A DNA stretch of 64,000 nt, taken from Hyphomicrobiales bacterium. GTDB taxonomy: Bacteria; Pseudomonadota; Alphaproteobacteria; Rhizobiales; JAJFHB01. Where the stretch lies: NCBI GenBank assembly GCA_021775615.1, contig JAJFHL010000171.1:9282-73281 (forward strand). The letters are read 5' to 3'. This document shows positions 10,451-19,785 of this stretch, in pieces. The number at the start of each line of letters is the position of its first letter. Within the stretch, counting starts at the first letter, position 1. Both the position numbers and the translations under genes were made by a program. The notes beneath the pieces were generated by a model, which made no database searches, had not been told where the DNA came from, and worked only from the letters and a program-made list of their open reading frames with translations.

Positions 10451-13402
10451 ATGGCAAAGGACCAATCGAACGAGGTGCTTGCCGGCACATCGTTCCTGTA
10501 CGGCGGCAATGCGGCTTTCATCGAAGACCTTTATGCGCGTTACCAGGAAGATCCCTCTTCGGTAGACGCCGAATGGCAGCGCTTTTTCTCCGATCTCAAG
10601 GACAACAAGGACGACGTGGTCTCCAGCGCGCGCGGTGCGTCATGGTCCCGGCAGGACTGGCCGGTGGCGGCGAACGGCGAACTGGTCAGCGCGCTTGACG
10701 GCAACTGGACCGCTTATGAGCGCGAACTCGCCCAGAAGATCGGCGGCAAGGCGAAGAAGACCGGTCAGGATGTTTCGGCAAGCGACGTAAAGAGCGCGGC
10801 CACGGATTCCATCCGTGCCCTGATGATGATCCGCGCCTACCGGGTACGCGGTCATCTCATTGCCGACCTCGATCCGCTGAAACTGCGCGAACAGGCCGGC
10901 CATCCCGAACTGCAGCCCGAAACCTACGGCTTCGGCCCAGAAGACATGGACCGGCCGATCTTCATCGACAATGTGCTCGGCCTCGAGAGCGCCACGCTCA
11001 ATGAGATGCTGACCATTCTGCAGCGAACCTATTGCTCGACGCTTGGCATCGAAGTCACCCATATCTCCGATCCGAAGCAGAAGGCCTGGCTGCAGCAGCG
11101 GGTCGAGGGGCCGGACAAGTCGATTTCCTTCACCCCCGAAGGCAAGAAGGCGATCCTCTACAAGCTGATCGAGGCGGAGGGGTTCGAGCACTTCCTCAAT
11201 GTCAAATATACCGGAACCAAGCGGTTCGGCCTCGATGGCGGCGAGTCGGCAATCCCGGCGCTGGAACAGATCATCAAGCGCGGCGGCGCGCTGGGCGTCA
11301 AGGACATCGTCATCGGCATGCCGCACCGCGGCAGGCTCAACGTGCTGGCCAGCGTCATGGGCAAGCCGTTCCGGGCAATTTTCAACGAGTTCAAGGGCGG
11401 GTCCGCCAAGCCCGACGAGGTCGAGGGTTCCGGCGATGTCAAATACCATCTCGGCACATCATCCGACCGCGAGTTCGACGGCAATAATGTCCACCTTTCC
11501 CTGACCGCCAATCCTTCGCATCTGGAGGTGGTCGATCCGGTGGTCCTCGGCAAAGCGCGGGCCAAGCAGGATCAGCACAAGGACGACACGCGCACGTCGT
11601 GCCTGCCGCTCCTGCTGCACGGCGACGCGGCGTTCGCCGGCCAGGGCGTGGTGGCGGAGTGTCTTGGACTGTCCGGCCTCAAGGGGCACAAGTCAGGCGG
11701 CTCGATCCACTTTATTGTCAACAACCAGATCGGCTTCACAACGAGCCCGATACACTCGCGGTCGTCGCCATATCCGTCCGACGTGGCGAAGATGATCGAG
11801 GCGCCGATCTTCCACGCCAATGGTGATGATCCCGAAGCCGTGGTCTATGCCGCCAAGATCGCCATCGAGTTCCGCCAGGAATTCCGCATTCCCGTGGTTG
11901 TCGACATGATCTGCTACCGGCGCTACGGACACAATGAATCGGATGAACCTTCGTTCACCCAGCCGATCATGTACAAGCGGATCTCGGAACATCCGACCGT
12001 CTCAGAAGTCTACTCCCAGCGCCTTGTTCGCGAAGGCGTCATGACGGAAGACGAAGTCGTCAAGATGAAGGCCGACTTCCGCGCCAATCTGGAACAGGAA
12101 TTCGAGATCTCGGACTCCTACAAGCCGAACAAGGCCGACTGGCTCGATGGGAAATGGTCCGGCCTGACGCGGCCCGAAGACGAAAGCGCACGGCGCGGGC
12201 GGACCGGCGTCGATCTTGGCCGCTTGAAGGATATCGGCCACAAGATCACCGAGATACCTGAGCATTTCAACGCTCATAAAACGCTGAGGCGGGTGATCGG
12301 CAACCGGCGCAAGATGATCGATGAGGGCCAGGGTATCGACTGGGCGATGGCCGAACATCTCGCCTTCGGCACCATTCTCACCGATGGCTATCCGGTGCGC
12401 CTGTCGGGTCAAGACTGTGAGCGCGGCACGTTTTCGCAACGCCATTCGGTGCTCAACGACCAGGTCAATGAGAGCCGTTACATTCCGCTCAACAATATTT
12501 CCGACATTCAGGGCCGCTTCGAGGTCATCAATTCGATGCTTTCGGAGGCGGCGGTGCTCGGATTCGAGTATGGCTACAGCCTTGCCGAGCCAAACGCGCT
12601 GGTGCTGTGGGAAGCGCAGTTCGGCGATTTCGCCAACGGTGCGCAGATGGTCATCGACCAGTTCATCTGCTCGGCCGAACGCAAATGGCTGCGCATGTCG
12701 GGTCTGGTGATGCTGTTGCCGCATGGCTATGAAGGGCAGGGTCCCGAGCACTCCTCGGCTCGGCTGGAGCGCTATCTGCAGTCCTGTGCGGAAGACAACT
12801 GGCAGGTCGCCAACTGCACAACGCCGATGAACTATTTCCACATCCTCCGGCGCCAGCTCAACCGCGACTTCCGCAAGCCGCTGGTGCTGATGACGCCGAA
12901 ATCGCTGCTGCGGCACAAGCGGGCGGTGTCGAGCCTAGACGAATTCGGCCCCGGCACCACCTTTCACCGGGTCCTGTGGGACGATGCCCAGAACAAGTCG
13001 GACGAGCCGATCAAGCTGGTCAAGGACAACAAGATCAGGCGGGTCGTCATGTGCTGCGGCAAGGTCTATTACGACCTCTACGAGGAACGCGAGAAGCGCG
13101 GGATCAACGATGTCTACCTGATGCGGGTGGAGCAGCTCTATCCGTTCCCGGCGCGGGCGATGATCACCGAGCTTGGGCGGTTCCCCAAGGCGGACATGGT
13201 GTGGTGCCAGGAAGAACCCAAGAACATGGGGGCATGGAGCTTCATCGAGCCGAATATCGAATGGGTGCTGGGTCAGATCGGCGCCGAACAGGGCCGGGCC
13301 CGTTATGCCGGCCGGCCGGCATCGGCGGCGACGGCGACCGGGTCGATGGGCAGACATCTGCAGGAACTGCAAGAGTTCCTCGATGAGGCATTTGCGGAGT
13401 GA
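10451..13402 (+). CDS. sucA: 2-oxoglutarate dehydrogenase E1 component
   Basis: ~980 aa, full-length E1o similarity (GDAAFAGQGVV ThDP region, MLLPHGYEGQGPEHSS); ATG 10451 one codon after the track start. Confidence 0.95.
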   Translation: MAKDQSNEVLAGTSFLYGGNAAFIEDLYARYQEDPSSVDAEWQRFFSDLKDNKDDVVSSARGASWSRQDWPVAANGELVSALDGNWTAYERELAQKIGGKAKKTGQDVSASDVKSAATDSIRALMMIRAYRVRGHLIADLDPLKLREQAGHPELQPETYGFGPEDMDRPIFIDNVLGLESATLNEMLTILQRTYCSTLGIEVTHISDPKQKAWLQQRVEGPDKSISFTPEGKKAILYKLIEAEGFEHFLNVKYTGTKRFGLDGGESAIPALEQIIKRGGALGVKDIVIGMPHRGRLNVLASVMGKPFRAIFNEFKGGSAKPDEVEGSGDVKYHLGTSSDREFDGNNVHLSLTANPSHLEVVDPVVLGKARAKQDQHKDDTRTSCLPLLLHGDAAFAGQGVVAECLGLSGLKGHKSGGSIHFIVNNQIGFTTSPIHSRSSPYPSDVAKMIEAPIFHANGDDPEAVVYAAKIAIEFRQEFRIPVVVDMICYRRYGHNESDEPSFTQPIMYKRISEHPTVSEVYSQRLVREGVMTEDEVVKMKADFRANLEQEFEISDSYKPNKADWLDGKWSGLTRPEDESARRGRTGVDLGRLKDIGHKITEIPEHFNAHKTLRRVIGNRRKMIDEGQGIDWAMAEHLAFGTILTDGYPVRLSGQDCERGTFSQRHSVLNDQVNESRYIPLNNISDIQGRFEVINSMLSEAAVLGFEYGYSLAEPNALVLWEAQFGDFANGAQMVIDQFICSAERKWLRMSGLVMLLPHGYEGQGPEHSSARLERYLQSCAEDNWQVANCTTPMNYFHILRRQLNRDFRKPLVLMTPKSLLRHKRAVSSLDEFGPGTTFHRVLWDDAQNKSDEPIKLVKDNKIRRVVMCCGKVYYDLYEEREKRGINDVYLMRVEQLYPFPARAMITELGRFPKADMVWCQEEPKNMGAWSFIEPNIEWVLGQIGAEQGRARYAGRPASAATATGSMGRHLQELQEFLDEAFAE

Positions 13403-13449
13403 ATGAGGGGCCGGAGCCAGATGCGGCGTCCGGTGATTAAGAGGTCATA

Positions 13450-14694
13450 ATGACAATAGAAATCCGGGTTCCGACCCTTGGAGAATCGGTCACGGAGGCG
13501 ACCATCGCCCAGTGGTTCAAGAAACCGGGCGAGGCGGTTGCCGTCGACGAGCCGCTGGTCGAGCTGGAAACCGACAAGGTTACCGTTGAAGTGCCTGCCC
13601 CCGCTGCCGGCGTCCTTTCGGAAGTGTCTGTGCAGGACGGCGAGACGGTTGAAGTCGGCGCTCTGCTCGGGTCGATCGCCGAGGGCGCCGCTGCACCAGC
13701 CGCCAAGCCGGCAGAGGCCGCGCCCGCGCCGGCCGCCTCGGAATCGGCTCCGGCGCCCGCGCCCGCGGCGCCCGCCGCCGCGGCGGAGGACCAGACGCTT
13801 TCTCCCGCCGTGCGCAAGCTGGTCGATGAGAACAATCTTGACGCAGCCTCGATTGCCGGCACCGGCAAGGATGGCCGCATTCTGAAGGGTGACGTTCTGG
13901 CAGTGCTTGAGAAGGGCGCCCCGGCTCCTGTCCCGGCGCCAGCTCCGGCCCCAGCCCCTGTTCAGGCCCGGGCGCCATCGCCGGCGGACGATGCCTCGCG
14001 TGAAGAGCGGGTGCGCATGACGCGTCTGCGCCAGACCATCGCGCGCCGGCTGAAGGATGCCCAGGACACCGCCGCCATGCTCACCACCTTCAACGAGGTG
14101 GACATGACCAACATCATGGAGCTGCGCGCCAGCTACAAAGACCTGTTCGAAAAGAAACACGGTGTGAAGCTCGGCTTCATGGGCTTCTTCGTCAAAGCCT
14201 GTGTCGCGGCGCTGGCCGACATTCCGGCGGTCAACGCGGAAATCGACGGCGACGAGCTGGTCTACAAGAATTACTACCACATCGGCGTGGCGGTCGGCAC
14301 CGACAAGGGCCTGGTGGTGCCGGTGGTGCGCGAAGCGCAGACCATGTCGCTTGCCGATGTGGAGAAGTCGATCAACGATTTCGGCCGCAGGGCGCGGGAT
14401 GGCCAGCTCAAGATAGATGAGATGCAGGGCGGCACTTTCACCATCTCGAATGGCGGGGTCTACGGCTCGCTGATGTCGACGCCGATCCTCAACGCGCCGC
14501 AGTCGGGCATTCTTGGGATGCACAAGATCCAGCAGCGCCCGATGGCGGTGGACGGCGAAGTCAAGATACGGCCGATGATGTATCTGGCGCTGAGTTACGA
14601 CCACCGCATTGTCGACGGCAAGGAAGCGGTGACGTTCCTGGTCAGGGTCAAGGAATCGCTTGAGGACCCGCAGCGGCTCGTGCTCGATCTTTAG
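13450..14694 (+). CDS. sucB: dihydrolipoyllysine-residue succinyltransferase (E2o)
   Basis: Lipoyl domain [12 protein letters not shown], Ala/Pro linkers, E3-binding segment, catalytic DHRIVDG. Confidence 0.95.
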   Translation: MTIEIRVPTLGESVTEATIAQWFKKPGEAVAVDEPLVELETDKVTVEVPAPAAGVLSEVSVQDGETVEVGALLGSIAEGAAAPAAKPAEAAPAPAASESAPAPAPAAPAAAAEDQTLSPAVRKLVDENNLDAASIAGTGKDGRILKGDVLAVLEKGAPAPVPAPAPAPAPVQARAPSPADDASREERVRMTRLRQTIARRLKDAQDTAAMLTTFNEVDMTNIMELRASYKDLFEKKHGVKLGFMGFFVKACVAALADIPAVNAEIDGDELVYKNYYHIGVAVGTDKGLVVPVVREAQTMSLADVEKSINDFGRRARDGQLKIDEMQGGTFTISNGGVYGSLMSTPILNAPQSGILGMHKIQQRPMAVDGEVKIRPMMYLALSYDHRIVDGKEAVTFLVRVKESLEDPQRLVLDL

Positions 14695-14771
14695 GCACAC
14701 TCAATGTTCGGGCAGATTTTTCAGCATCGTCCACCGCAAGGCGGGTGGCGGACGGCGCTCGGTTAAGGAGG

Positions 14772-15040
14772 CTAGACCCTTTCATGTTCATATTGAACAG
14801 TTTGATGGTGCCAAATCGGGTCGCTCGACAAGGCGCGGTGCGCAGCTCGATGCGGTGCATCGGGCAAGCGCCGCAACGCAGACGAGGCGCCGATTTGGCC
14901 CACCGGAGGCTCAGATTTTCACGCCCGCTGACCGCGTTTTGGCCCCCTTGTGGACAGCAAGTCCACGGCGGGGCCCGTGTCTTGTCAACAGACGTGAAAA
15001 ACCGGTCGAACTGATTCAATATGAACATGAAAGGGTCTAG
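14772..15040. mobile_element. MITE-like non-coding element with perfect 26-bp terminal inverted repeats
   Basis: CTAGACCCTTTCATGTTCATATTGAA (14772-14797) is the exact reverse complement of 15015-15040; internal short hairpins, no credible ORF; possible CTAG target duplication at both ends. Confidence 0.6.
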
Positions 15041-15043
15041 GGG

Positions 15044-16450
15044 ATGGCGGACGCATTTGATCTGGTGGTGATCGGGACAGGCCCTGGAGGCTACGTCTGC
15101 GCCATCCGCGCGGCGCAGCTCGGCATGAAGGTTGCCGTCGTGGAGAAGCGCGAGGCGCATGGCGGCACCTGTCTCAATGTCGGCTGCATTCCCTCCAAGG
15201 CCCTGCTGCACGCTTCGGAGCTGTTCGATGAAGCCAATCACAGCTTCAAGAAGATGGGCATCAAGGTTTCCAAGCCCCAGATCGATATGAAAGCCATGAT
15301 GGCCTACAAGCAGCAGGGCATCGACGGCAATACGCAAGGGGTCGCCTTCCTCCTGAAGAAGAACAAGATCACGCCCTATCACGGCACGGCAAGGATCCTT
15401 GGAGCCGGCAAGGTCGAGGTGACCGGGCCCGACGGCAAGGCGCAGACACTCGACACCAGGAATATCGTCATCGCCACCGGCTCTGATGTGGCGCAGCTTC
15501 CCGGCATCGAGATCGACGAGAAGAAGGTCGTGTCCTCGACCGGGGCACTGGAGCTGGCCAAGATTCCGGAACGCCTGATCCTGGTCGGCGGCGGCGTGAT
15601 CGGCCTGGAACTGGGCTCGGTGTGGCGCCGGCTCGGGTCCCAGGTGATGGTGGTGGAGTTCCTCGACCGCATTCTGCCGGGCATGGACCTCGAAGTCGCC
15701 AAGACCTTCCAGCGCACCCTCAAGAAGCAGGGTTTCGAATTCAAGCTGTCGTCGAAAGTGACCGGCGTGACCAAGTCGCGCAAGGGGCTTCGGGTGACGG
15801 TCGAGCCGGCCAAGGGCGGCGACGAGGAAGTCATGGAGGCCGACGTGGTCCTGGTGTGCATCGGGCGGGTGCCCTACACCGAAGGCCTCGGGCTGGCGGA
15901 AGCCGGTGTTGCGCTGGATGAGCGCGGCCGGGTCAAGACTGACGGGCATTTCAAGACCAACGTGGACGGCATCTATGCGATCGGCGACGTGATCGAAGGG
16001 CCGATGCTCGCCCACAAGGCGGAAGACGAAGGCATGGCGCTGGCCGAGAGCCTTGCCGGGCAGTCGGGCCACGTCAATTACGATGTGATCCCGGGCGTTG
16101 TCTACACGGCGCCGGAAGTCGCTACGGTCGGAAAGACCGAAGAGGAGCTGAAAGAGGCCGGCATCGAGTACAAGGTCGGCAAGTTCCCGTTCACGGCGAA
16201 CGGCCGCGCCAAGGTCAACATGACCACCGACGGCTTCGTCAAGGTGTTGGCGGATGCCAAGACAGACCGGGTTCTGGGCGTCCACATGATCGGGCCGACG
16301 GTCGGCGAGATCATCGCCGAGGCGGCGGTCCTGATGGAATTCGGCGGCTCGGCGGAGGATCTGGCGCGCACCTGCCACGCCCATCCCACCCTCACCGAGG
16401 CGGTCAAGGAAGCAGCGCTCGCGGTCGATAAGCGGCCGATCCATATGTGA
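15044..16450 (+). CDS. lpdA: dihydrolipoyl dehydrogenase (E3)
   Basis: GTGPGGY FAD motif, redox disulfide [14 protein letters not shown]-terminal HAHPT. Confidence 0.95.
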   Translation: MADAFDLVVIGTGPGGYVCAIRAAQLGMKVAVVEKREAHGGTCLNVGCIPSKALLHASELFDEANHSFKKMGIKVSKPQIDMKAMMAYKQQGIDGNTQGVAFLLKKNKITPYHGTARILGAGKVEVTGPDGKAQTLDTRNIVIATGSDVAQLPGIEIDEKKVVSSTGALELAKIPERLILVGGGVIGLELGSVWRRLGSQVMVVEFLDRILPGMDLEVAKTFQRTLKKQGFEFKLSSKVTGVTKSRKGLRVTVEPAKGGDEEVMEADVVLVCIGRVPYTEGLGLAEAGVALDERGRVKTDGHFKTNVDGIYAIGDVIEGPMLAHKAEDEGMALAESLAGQSGHVNYDVIPGVVYTAPEVATVGKTEEELKEAGIEYKVGKFPFTANGRAKVNMTTDGFVKVLADAKTDRVLGVHMIGPTVGEIIAEAAVLMEFGGSAEDLARTCHAHPTLTEAVKEAALAVDKRPIHM

Positions 16451-16912
16451 GTGAGGGGTTGCCCCGTCTCTGACACATCACCGAACACGAAAATCGTTCG
16501 CGCCGGCAGCGAGCACGACGCGGTCTGCGCGCGCTTGTGGGATGAGGCACTGCCTGAGATGTCGGCCGGCGCCGCTGCCGGGGAACCGCAGGATTTCATC
16601 GAGCAGACGGTCGGAGAAGACATCTTCCTGGCGATGGTCGATGGCAAGGCCGCCGGTTTTGTCTCGATCTGGCGGCCCGAGTCGTTCATCCACTTCCTGG
16701 TGGTGGACAAGACTTTCCGCCGACGCGGTGTCGGCAGCGACTTGTTGCGCCATGCCGTCGGCCAATTGGGAACGCCGGTCGAACTCAAATGCGAGGCTCA
16801 CAACCGCGCCGCCCAGGCGTTTTACGAACGGCACGGATGGCAAATCGTGGAGCGCATCGACAACGCCGGTCCGCCCCACATTCTCTATCGTCTCAACACC
16901 GTGTGCGCATAG
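16451..16912 (+). CDS. GNAT-family N-acetyltransferase
   Basis: Acetyl-CoA motif A FLVVDKTFRRRGVGSDLL and AQAFYERHGWQ; start (GTG directly after lpdA stop) uncertain. Confidence 0.7.
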   Translation: MRGCPVSDTSPNTKIVRAGSEHDAVCARLWDEALPEMSAGAAAGEPQDFIEQTVGEDIFLAMVDGKAAGFVSIWRPESFIHFLVVDKTFRRRGVGSDLLRHAVGQLGTPVELKCEAHNRAAQAFYERHGWQIVERIDNAGPPHILYRLNTVCA

Positions 16913-16918
16913 AGCGCT

Positions 16919-18004
16919 TCACTTCAGATCCGCGATCAGCTTTTCAAGCGTCTCGCGCCAGGGGGCGATCTCGAGCCCTTTCTCCTTCAGGAAGGCGTGG
17001 TTGAAGATGGTGTCTTCGTAGCGCTCGCCATGGTCGTAGCAGAAGGTAGCGATGAGCTGGCCCTCGCGGCGGTCCTTCATCTTCTGCAGCTCGGTGAGGG
17101 CGCCGAACATCGCCATGCCGGAGCTTGGGCCCATCTCGTAGTTGAACTCGTCCTTGAAGAAGTGGCAGACGGCGATGGCGGCTTCCTGGCGCACTTCGAG
17201 GAAGCGGTCGACCGATGTGCGGATGAAGGACGGCGGTACATAGCCGGGGCTGGCGCCTTCGAGGCAGTGTGAGGCGTCGGAACGTCCGTGCAGGTTGAGG
17301 CCGACATAGTCGGTCAGAATGCCGCCGGCAATGTCGACCCCGACAATGTCGAGATTGAGCTGCCGGTCAGACGCCGCGAAGCGCACCGTGTTGGCGGTGG
17401 TGCCGGTGCCGACCGCGGTCACCACCAGCGATGGCGTGCGACCGACCGCAACGCTGGTTGAGCGCAACATGCGTTCACCCGGCGAATGACGTGTCGGCAG
17501 GGCGCGGACCTCGGCGGAATACTGATCGATCACCGTGTAGCCCGGGCGGATGGTGTAGCTCGCCTCGAGATCGTGTGCGTCGGCCGGATTGTCGGCAACC
17601 GCGAGCTCGCCGCCATGGGCGGTGACGCGCTCCATGGCGGTTGCGGTCAGGTCCTTCGGCACGATGGCGGTGAAGGGCAGTTCCAGCCGGGCGCAGGCAT
17701 AGGCCATGGTTGCCGCCGCACTGCCGCAGGAGCGCTGCACCACGCGCATGCCGGGCTTGAGGGCGTTGCCCCTGAGCTTGAGCCGCAGCATTTCAAGCGC
17801 CAGCCACAGCTTGTTGCCTTCGCCCAGGCTCTGGCGTTCATCCACCAGCGCGATGTCGTTGCCGGTTCCCGATTCCAGCGACACCACTTTCGGCTGCGGA
17901 TTGGAGAGATGAACCTGCTCGATGAGACGCAGTTTTTCCGCCTGCCAGTGGCAGGTGTCGTTGTGAGCGGCCGGTCCGTTCCTGACCGTGCTTCGAATAC
18001 CCAT
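16919..18004 (-). CDS. fold-type II PLP-dependent enzyme, cysteine synthase/CBS family, divergent active-site motifs
   Basis: Aligns by eye to CysK: GEGNKLW (vs GGSVKDR, Lys conserved), LKPGMRVVQRSCGSAA (vs LKPG..TSGNTG), AVGTGTTANTV (vs GVGTGGT), GPSSGMAMFGA (vs G.SSGAA). Confidence 0.7.
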   Translation of the reverse strand: MGIRSTVRNGPAAHNDTCHWQAEKLRLIEQVHLSNPQPKVVSLESGTGNDIALVDERQSLGEGNKLWLALEMLRLKLRGNALKPGMRVVQRSCGSAAATMAYACARLELPFTAIVPKDLTATAMERVTAHGGELAVADNPADAHDLEASYTIRPGYTVIDQYSAEVRALPTRHSPGERMLRSTSVAVGRTPSLVVTAVGTGTTANTVRFAASDRQLNLDIVGVDIAGGILTDYVGLNLHGRSDASHCLEGASPGYVPPSFIRTSVDRFLEVRQEAAIAVCHFFKDEFNYEMGPSSGMAMFGALTELQKMKDRREGQLIATFCYDHGERYEDTIFNHAFLKEKGLEIAPWRETLEKLIADLK

Positions 18005-18194
18005 GGTCGTGCTTCCCTAGTGCTTCCTGCAGAGGATTTGGTGATCGCGGGCCCGGCGGCTAAAGCTCCGGAACTGCAGGCTTTATGGTAGGGGGGTGGC
18101 CGGGTGTGTCAATAAAAACTTTACGATAAATTTTACATTCTGAGGATGACGGGTTTTTGTTCCCGGAATCCAGTCACTTGGCGAAAGAGCGCCC

Positions 18195-19544
18195 TCAACC
18201 GACCTCTGGAAAAAGCGACATCCCGCGGCCGCCGGACATCAGATACTGGATGATCACGAAGGCGCTGGCATCGAGATGCATGGGTCCCGACAACTGCCGC
18301 ACGCGGACCGATATGGCGGGACCGGGATAGGGGATCGTCAGTTTCTGCCGGTCGGGCCGCGCGATGGTGGCGCTGCCGTTGTCCTGATCGACGATCGTTG
18401 CTTCGCGCAACAGGATCTCGAAATCTTCCGGCCCGAGCTTCATTTCGCCGAGGAGCTGTTCGAGCTGTTGCCACCGGCCGCTCTTGCAGCGCTTGCGCAT
18501 CTCGGTGTCGGCCTCATCGCGTATAATCCGCAGGCAGGTTTCGATGCAGGCCTCCTGCGAAGCAACGCGGTCTTCGCTTTCGGTCTCGATATCGGTGCCG
18601 CAAATGCGCGAGACATGGGTCTGCGAGCCCTCAAGACCGGTGGTTTCCAGATGGGCGGTGAGATGCTGTCTGACGCGCTCGGCGGGGCCGGCATCGGAAA
18701 ACTGGCTGGCCGCCCGGTCGGCAAAGTCGCGGGTCGCGAGCGCGGCGTCGATCGGCCGTTTCGAAGGCCCTCCCAGCACCACCAGTTCGAGCGACAGGAC
18801 CGGATCTCCGAGGCGCAGGGAAATCGGATTCGGGCTGGCATTGAAGAGCGCAAAGGCAAGCTCTCCTTCAAATCCCGGGTCGACCTGGAGTCCGTGCCCG
18901 AGAAAAAGGCCGAGATGGGAGAGACGCGCCATGGGGCCGACGCGAGCCATCATGTTGGCCGGCAGGCGGACGGTTTCCGCGGTCCAGGCGTGCGCGCATT
19001 CGAGCGGTGCGATCTCAATGGCGGCGCCTGCGCGCGCCTCGGACTGCCGCCCCAGGGCATCGACCCGGCCAAGGCTGAGGTCGAGCGAGGCGGCGTTGAT
19101 GTTCGCCTCTATATAGGGATCGATCGAAATCGTGCCGTCGCGAACGGCAGAATGGATTTCGTGATCGGTGAGGATCCGTGTCCGCCCCGCAGCGTCGCGA
19201 GCGACGTCGGCCGCGGAGGCCGGCTCATCGGGAACGGGATCTGGAAGGGGCGTGGCGTCGGATATCCGTTGCGATGCACGGCGGAATTGCTCGCGCAGCC
19301 AGAAGTCGGTCGGCTGGCCGAAGAGTTTGCCGAGCTTGGCCGACATGGCTCGCGAGATCGGCTGGCGGCCACGGACAATGGCGTTGATGGTCTGCCGCGA
19401 CACGCCGGTCAGCTCGGCCAGTTGAAGCTGGTCGAGGCCGCGCTGCTTGAGCTCGTTTTCGAGATGTTCCGCCGCAGAAAGAGCGTCGGCACCGGAGGCG
19501 ATGCCCTCCGCTGTTGCGCTGGTGCTGTCGGAATCTCGTGCCAC
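18195..19544 (-). CDS. three-domain fusion: HigA/XRE-type HTH + dCTP deaminase/dUTPase-fold domain (catalytic residues apparently replaced) + unknown C-terminal domain
   Basis: HTH: LAELTGVSRQTINAIVRGRQPISRAMSAKLGKLFGQPTDFWL; Dcd-fold: ILTDHEIHSAVRDGTISIDP, INAASLDLSLG, VDPGFEGELAFALFN, LRLGDPVLSLELV; last ~165 aa unrecognised. Confidence 0.7.
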   Translation of the reverse strand: MARDSDSTSATAEGIASGADALSAAEHLENELKQRGLDQLQLAELTGVSRQTINAIVRGRQPISRAMSAKLGKLFGQPTDFWLREQFRRASQRISDATPLPDPVPDEPASAADVARDAAGRTRILTDHEIHSAVRDGTISIDPYIEANINAASLDLSLGRVDALGRQSEARAGAAIEIAPLECAHAWTAETVRLPANMMARVGPMARLSHLGLFLGHGLQVDPGFEGELAFALFNASPNPISLRLGDPVLSLELVVLGGPSKRPIDAALATRDFADRAASQFSDAGPAERVRQHLTAHLETTGLEGSQTHVSRICGTDIETESEDRVASQEACIETCLRIIRDEADTEMRKRCKSGRWQQLEQLLGEMKLGPEDFEILLREATIVDQDNGSATIARPDRQKLTIPYPGPAISVRVRQLSGPMHLDASAFVIIQYLMSGGRGMSLFPEVG

Positions 19545-19719
19545 GCGACTGACTTTGCCCTGAAGATACGCCTTGTACTGTCAGGTATTTGGCGCAGCTC
19601 GGGCCGAGATTGTCAAGTTTTGCCCGTCAAATTGGTTTACAGGAGCGGGCGGAGCCCTTCGGAACACCGTGGTGTAGTGTTTTCGACTGATATTTGTCCG
19701 GCGTATTCACACACTCAGG

Positions 19720-19750
19720 TGTCTTTGCCCGGCTTGACCGGACGAAGACA
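19720..19750. repeat. short hairpin repeat related to the ends of the 37502..37621 element
   Basis: TGTCTTTGCCCGGCTTGACCGG is identical to 37502-37523, followed directly by ACGAAGACA (matches 37613-37621); forms an 8-bp stem; lies between comE stop and the HTH-Dcd gene. Confidence 0.6.
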
Positions 19751-19785
19751 ATTGAGGAGAGACGAGATTCTCTCAACAACGCCTG

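Noticed and set aside
13680-13980. Repetitive Ala/Pro-rich DNA that could be mistaken for a tandem-repeat or CRISPR-like array
   Set aside because: It encodes the flexible AP-rich linkers between the lipoyl, E3-binding and catalytic domains of SucB. It is in frame, with no spacer/repeat periodicity.
14745-15014. 89-aa ORF inside the sucB-lpdA inverted-repeat element
   Set aside because: The translation is Arg-rich nonsense without a ribosome-binding site, and it spans an internally self-complementary sequence. It is better explained as non-coding MITE interior.
18195-19544. Simple annotation as housekeeping dCTP deaminase (dcd)
   Set aside because: It is more than twice the length of Dcd and has an N-terminal HTH and a C-terminal extra domain. 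By my alignment the Ser/Arg/Glu catalytic positions are substituted. Calling it dcd would be misleading.
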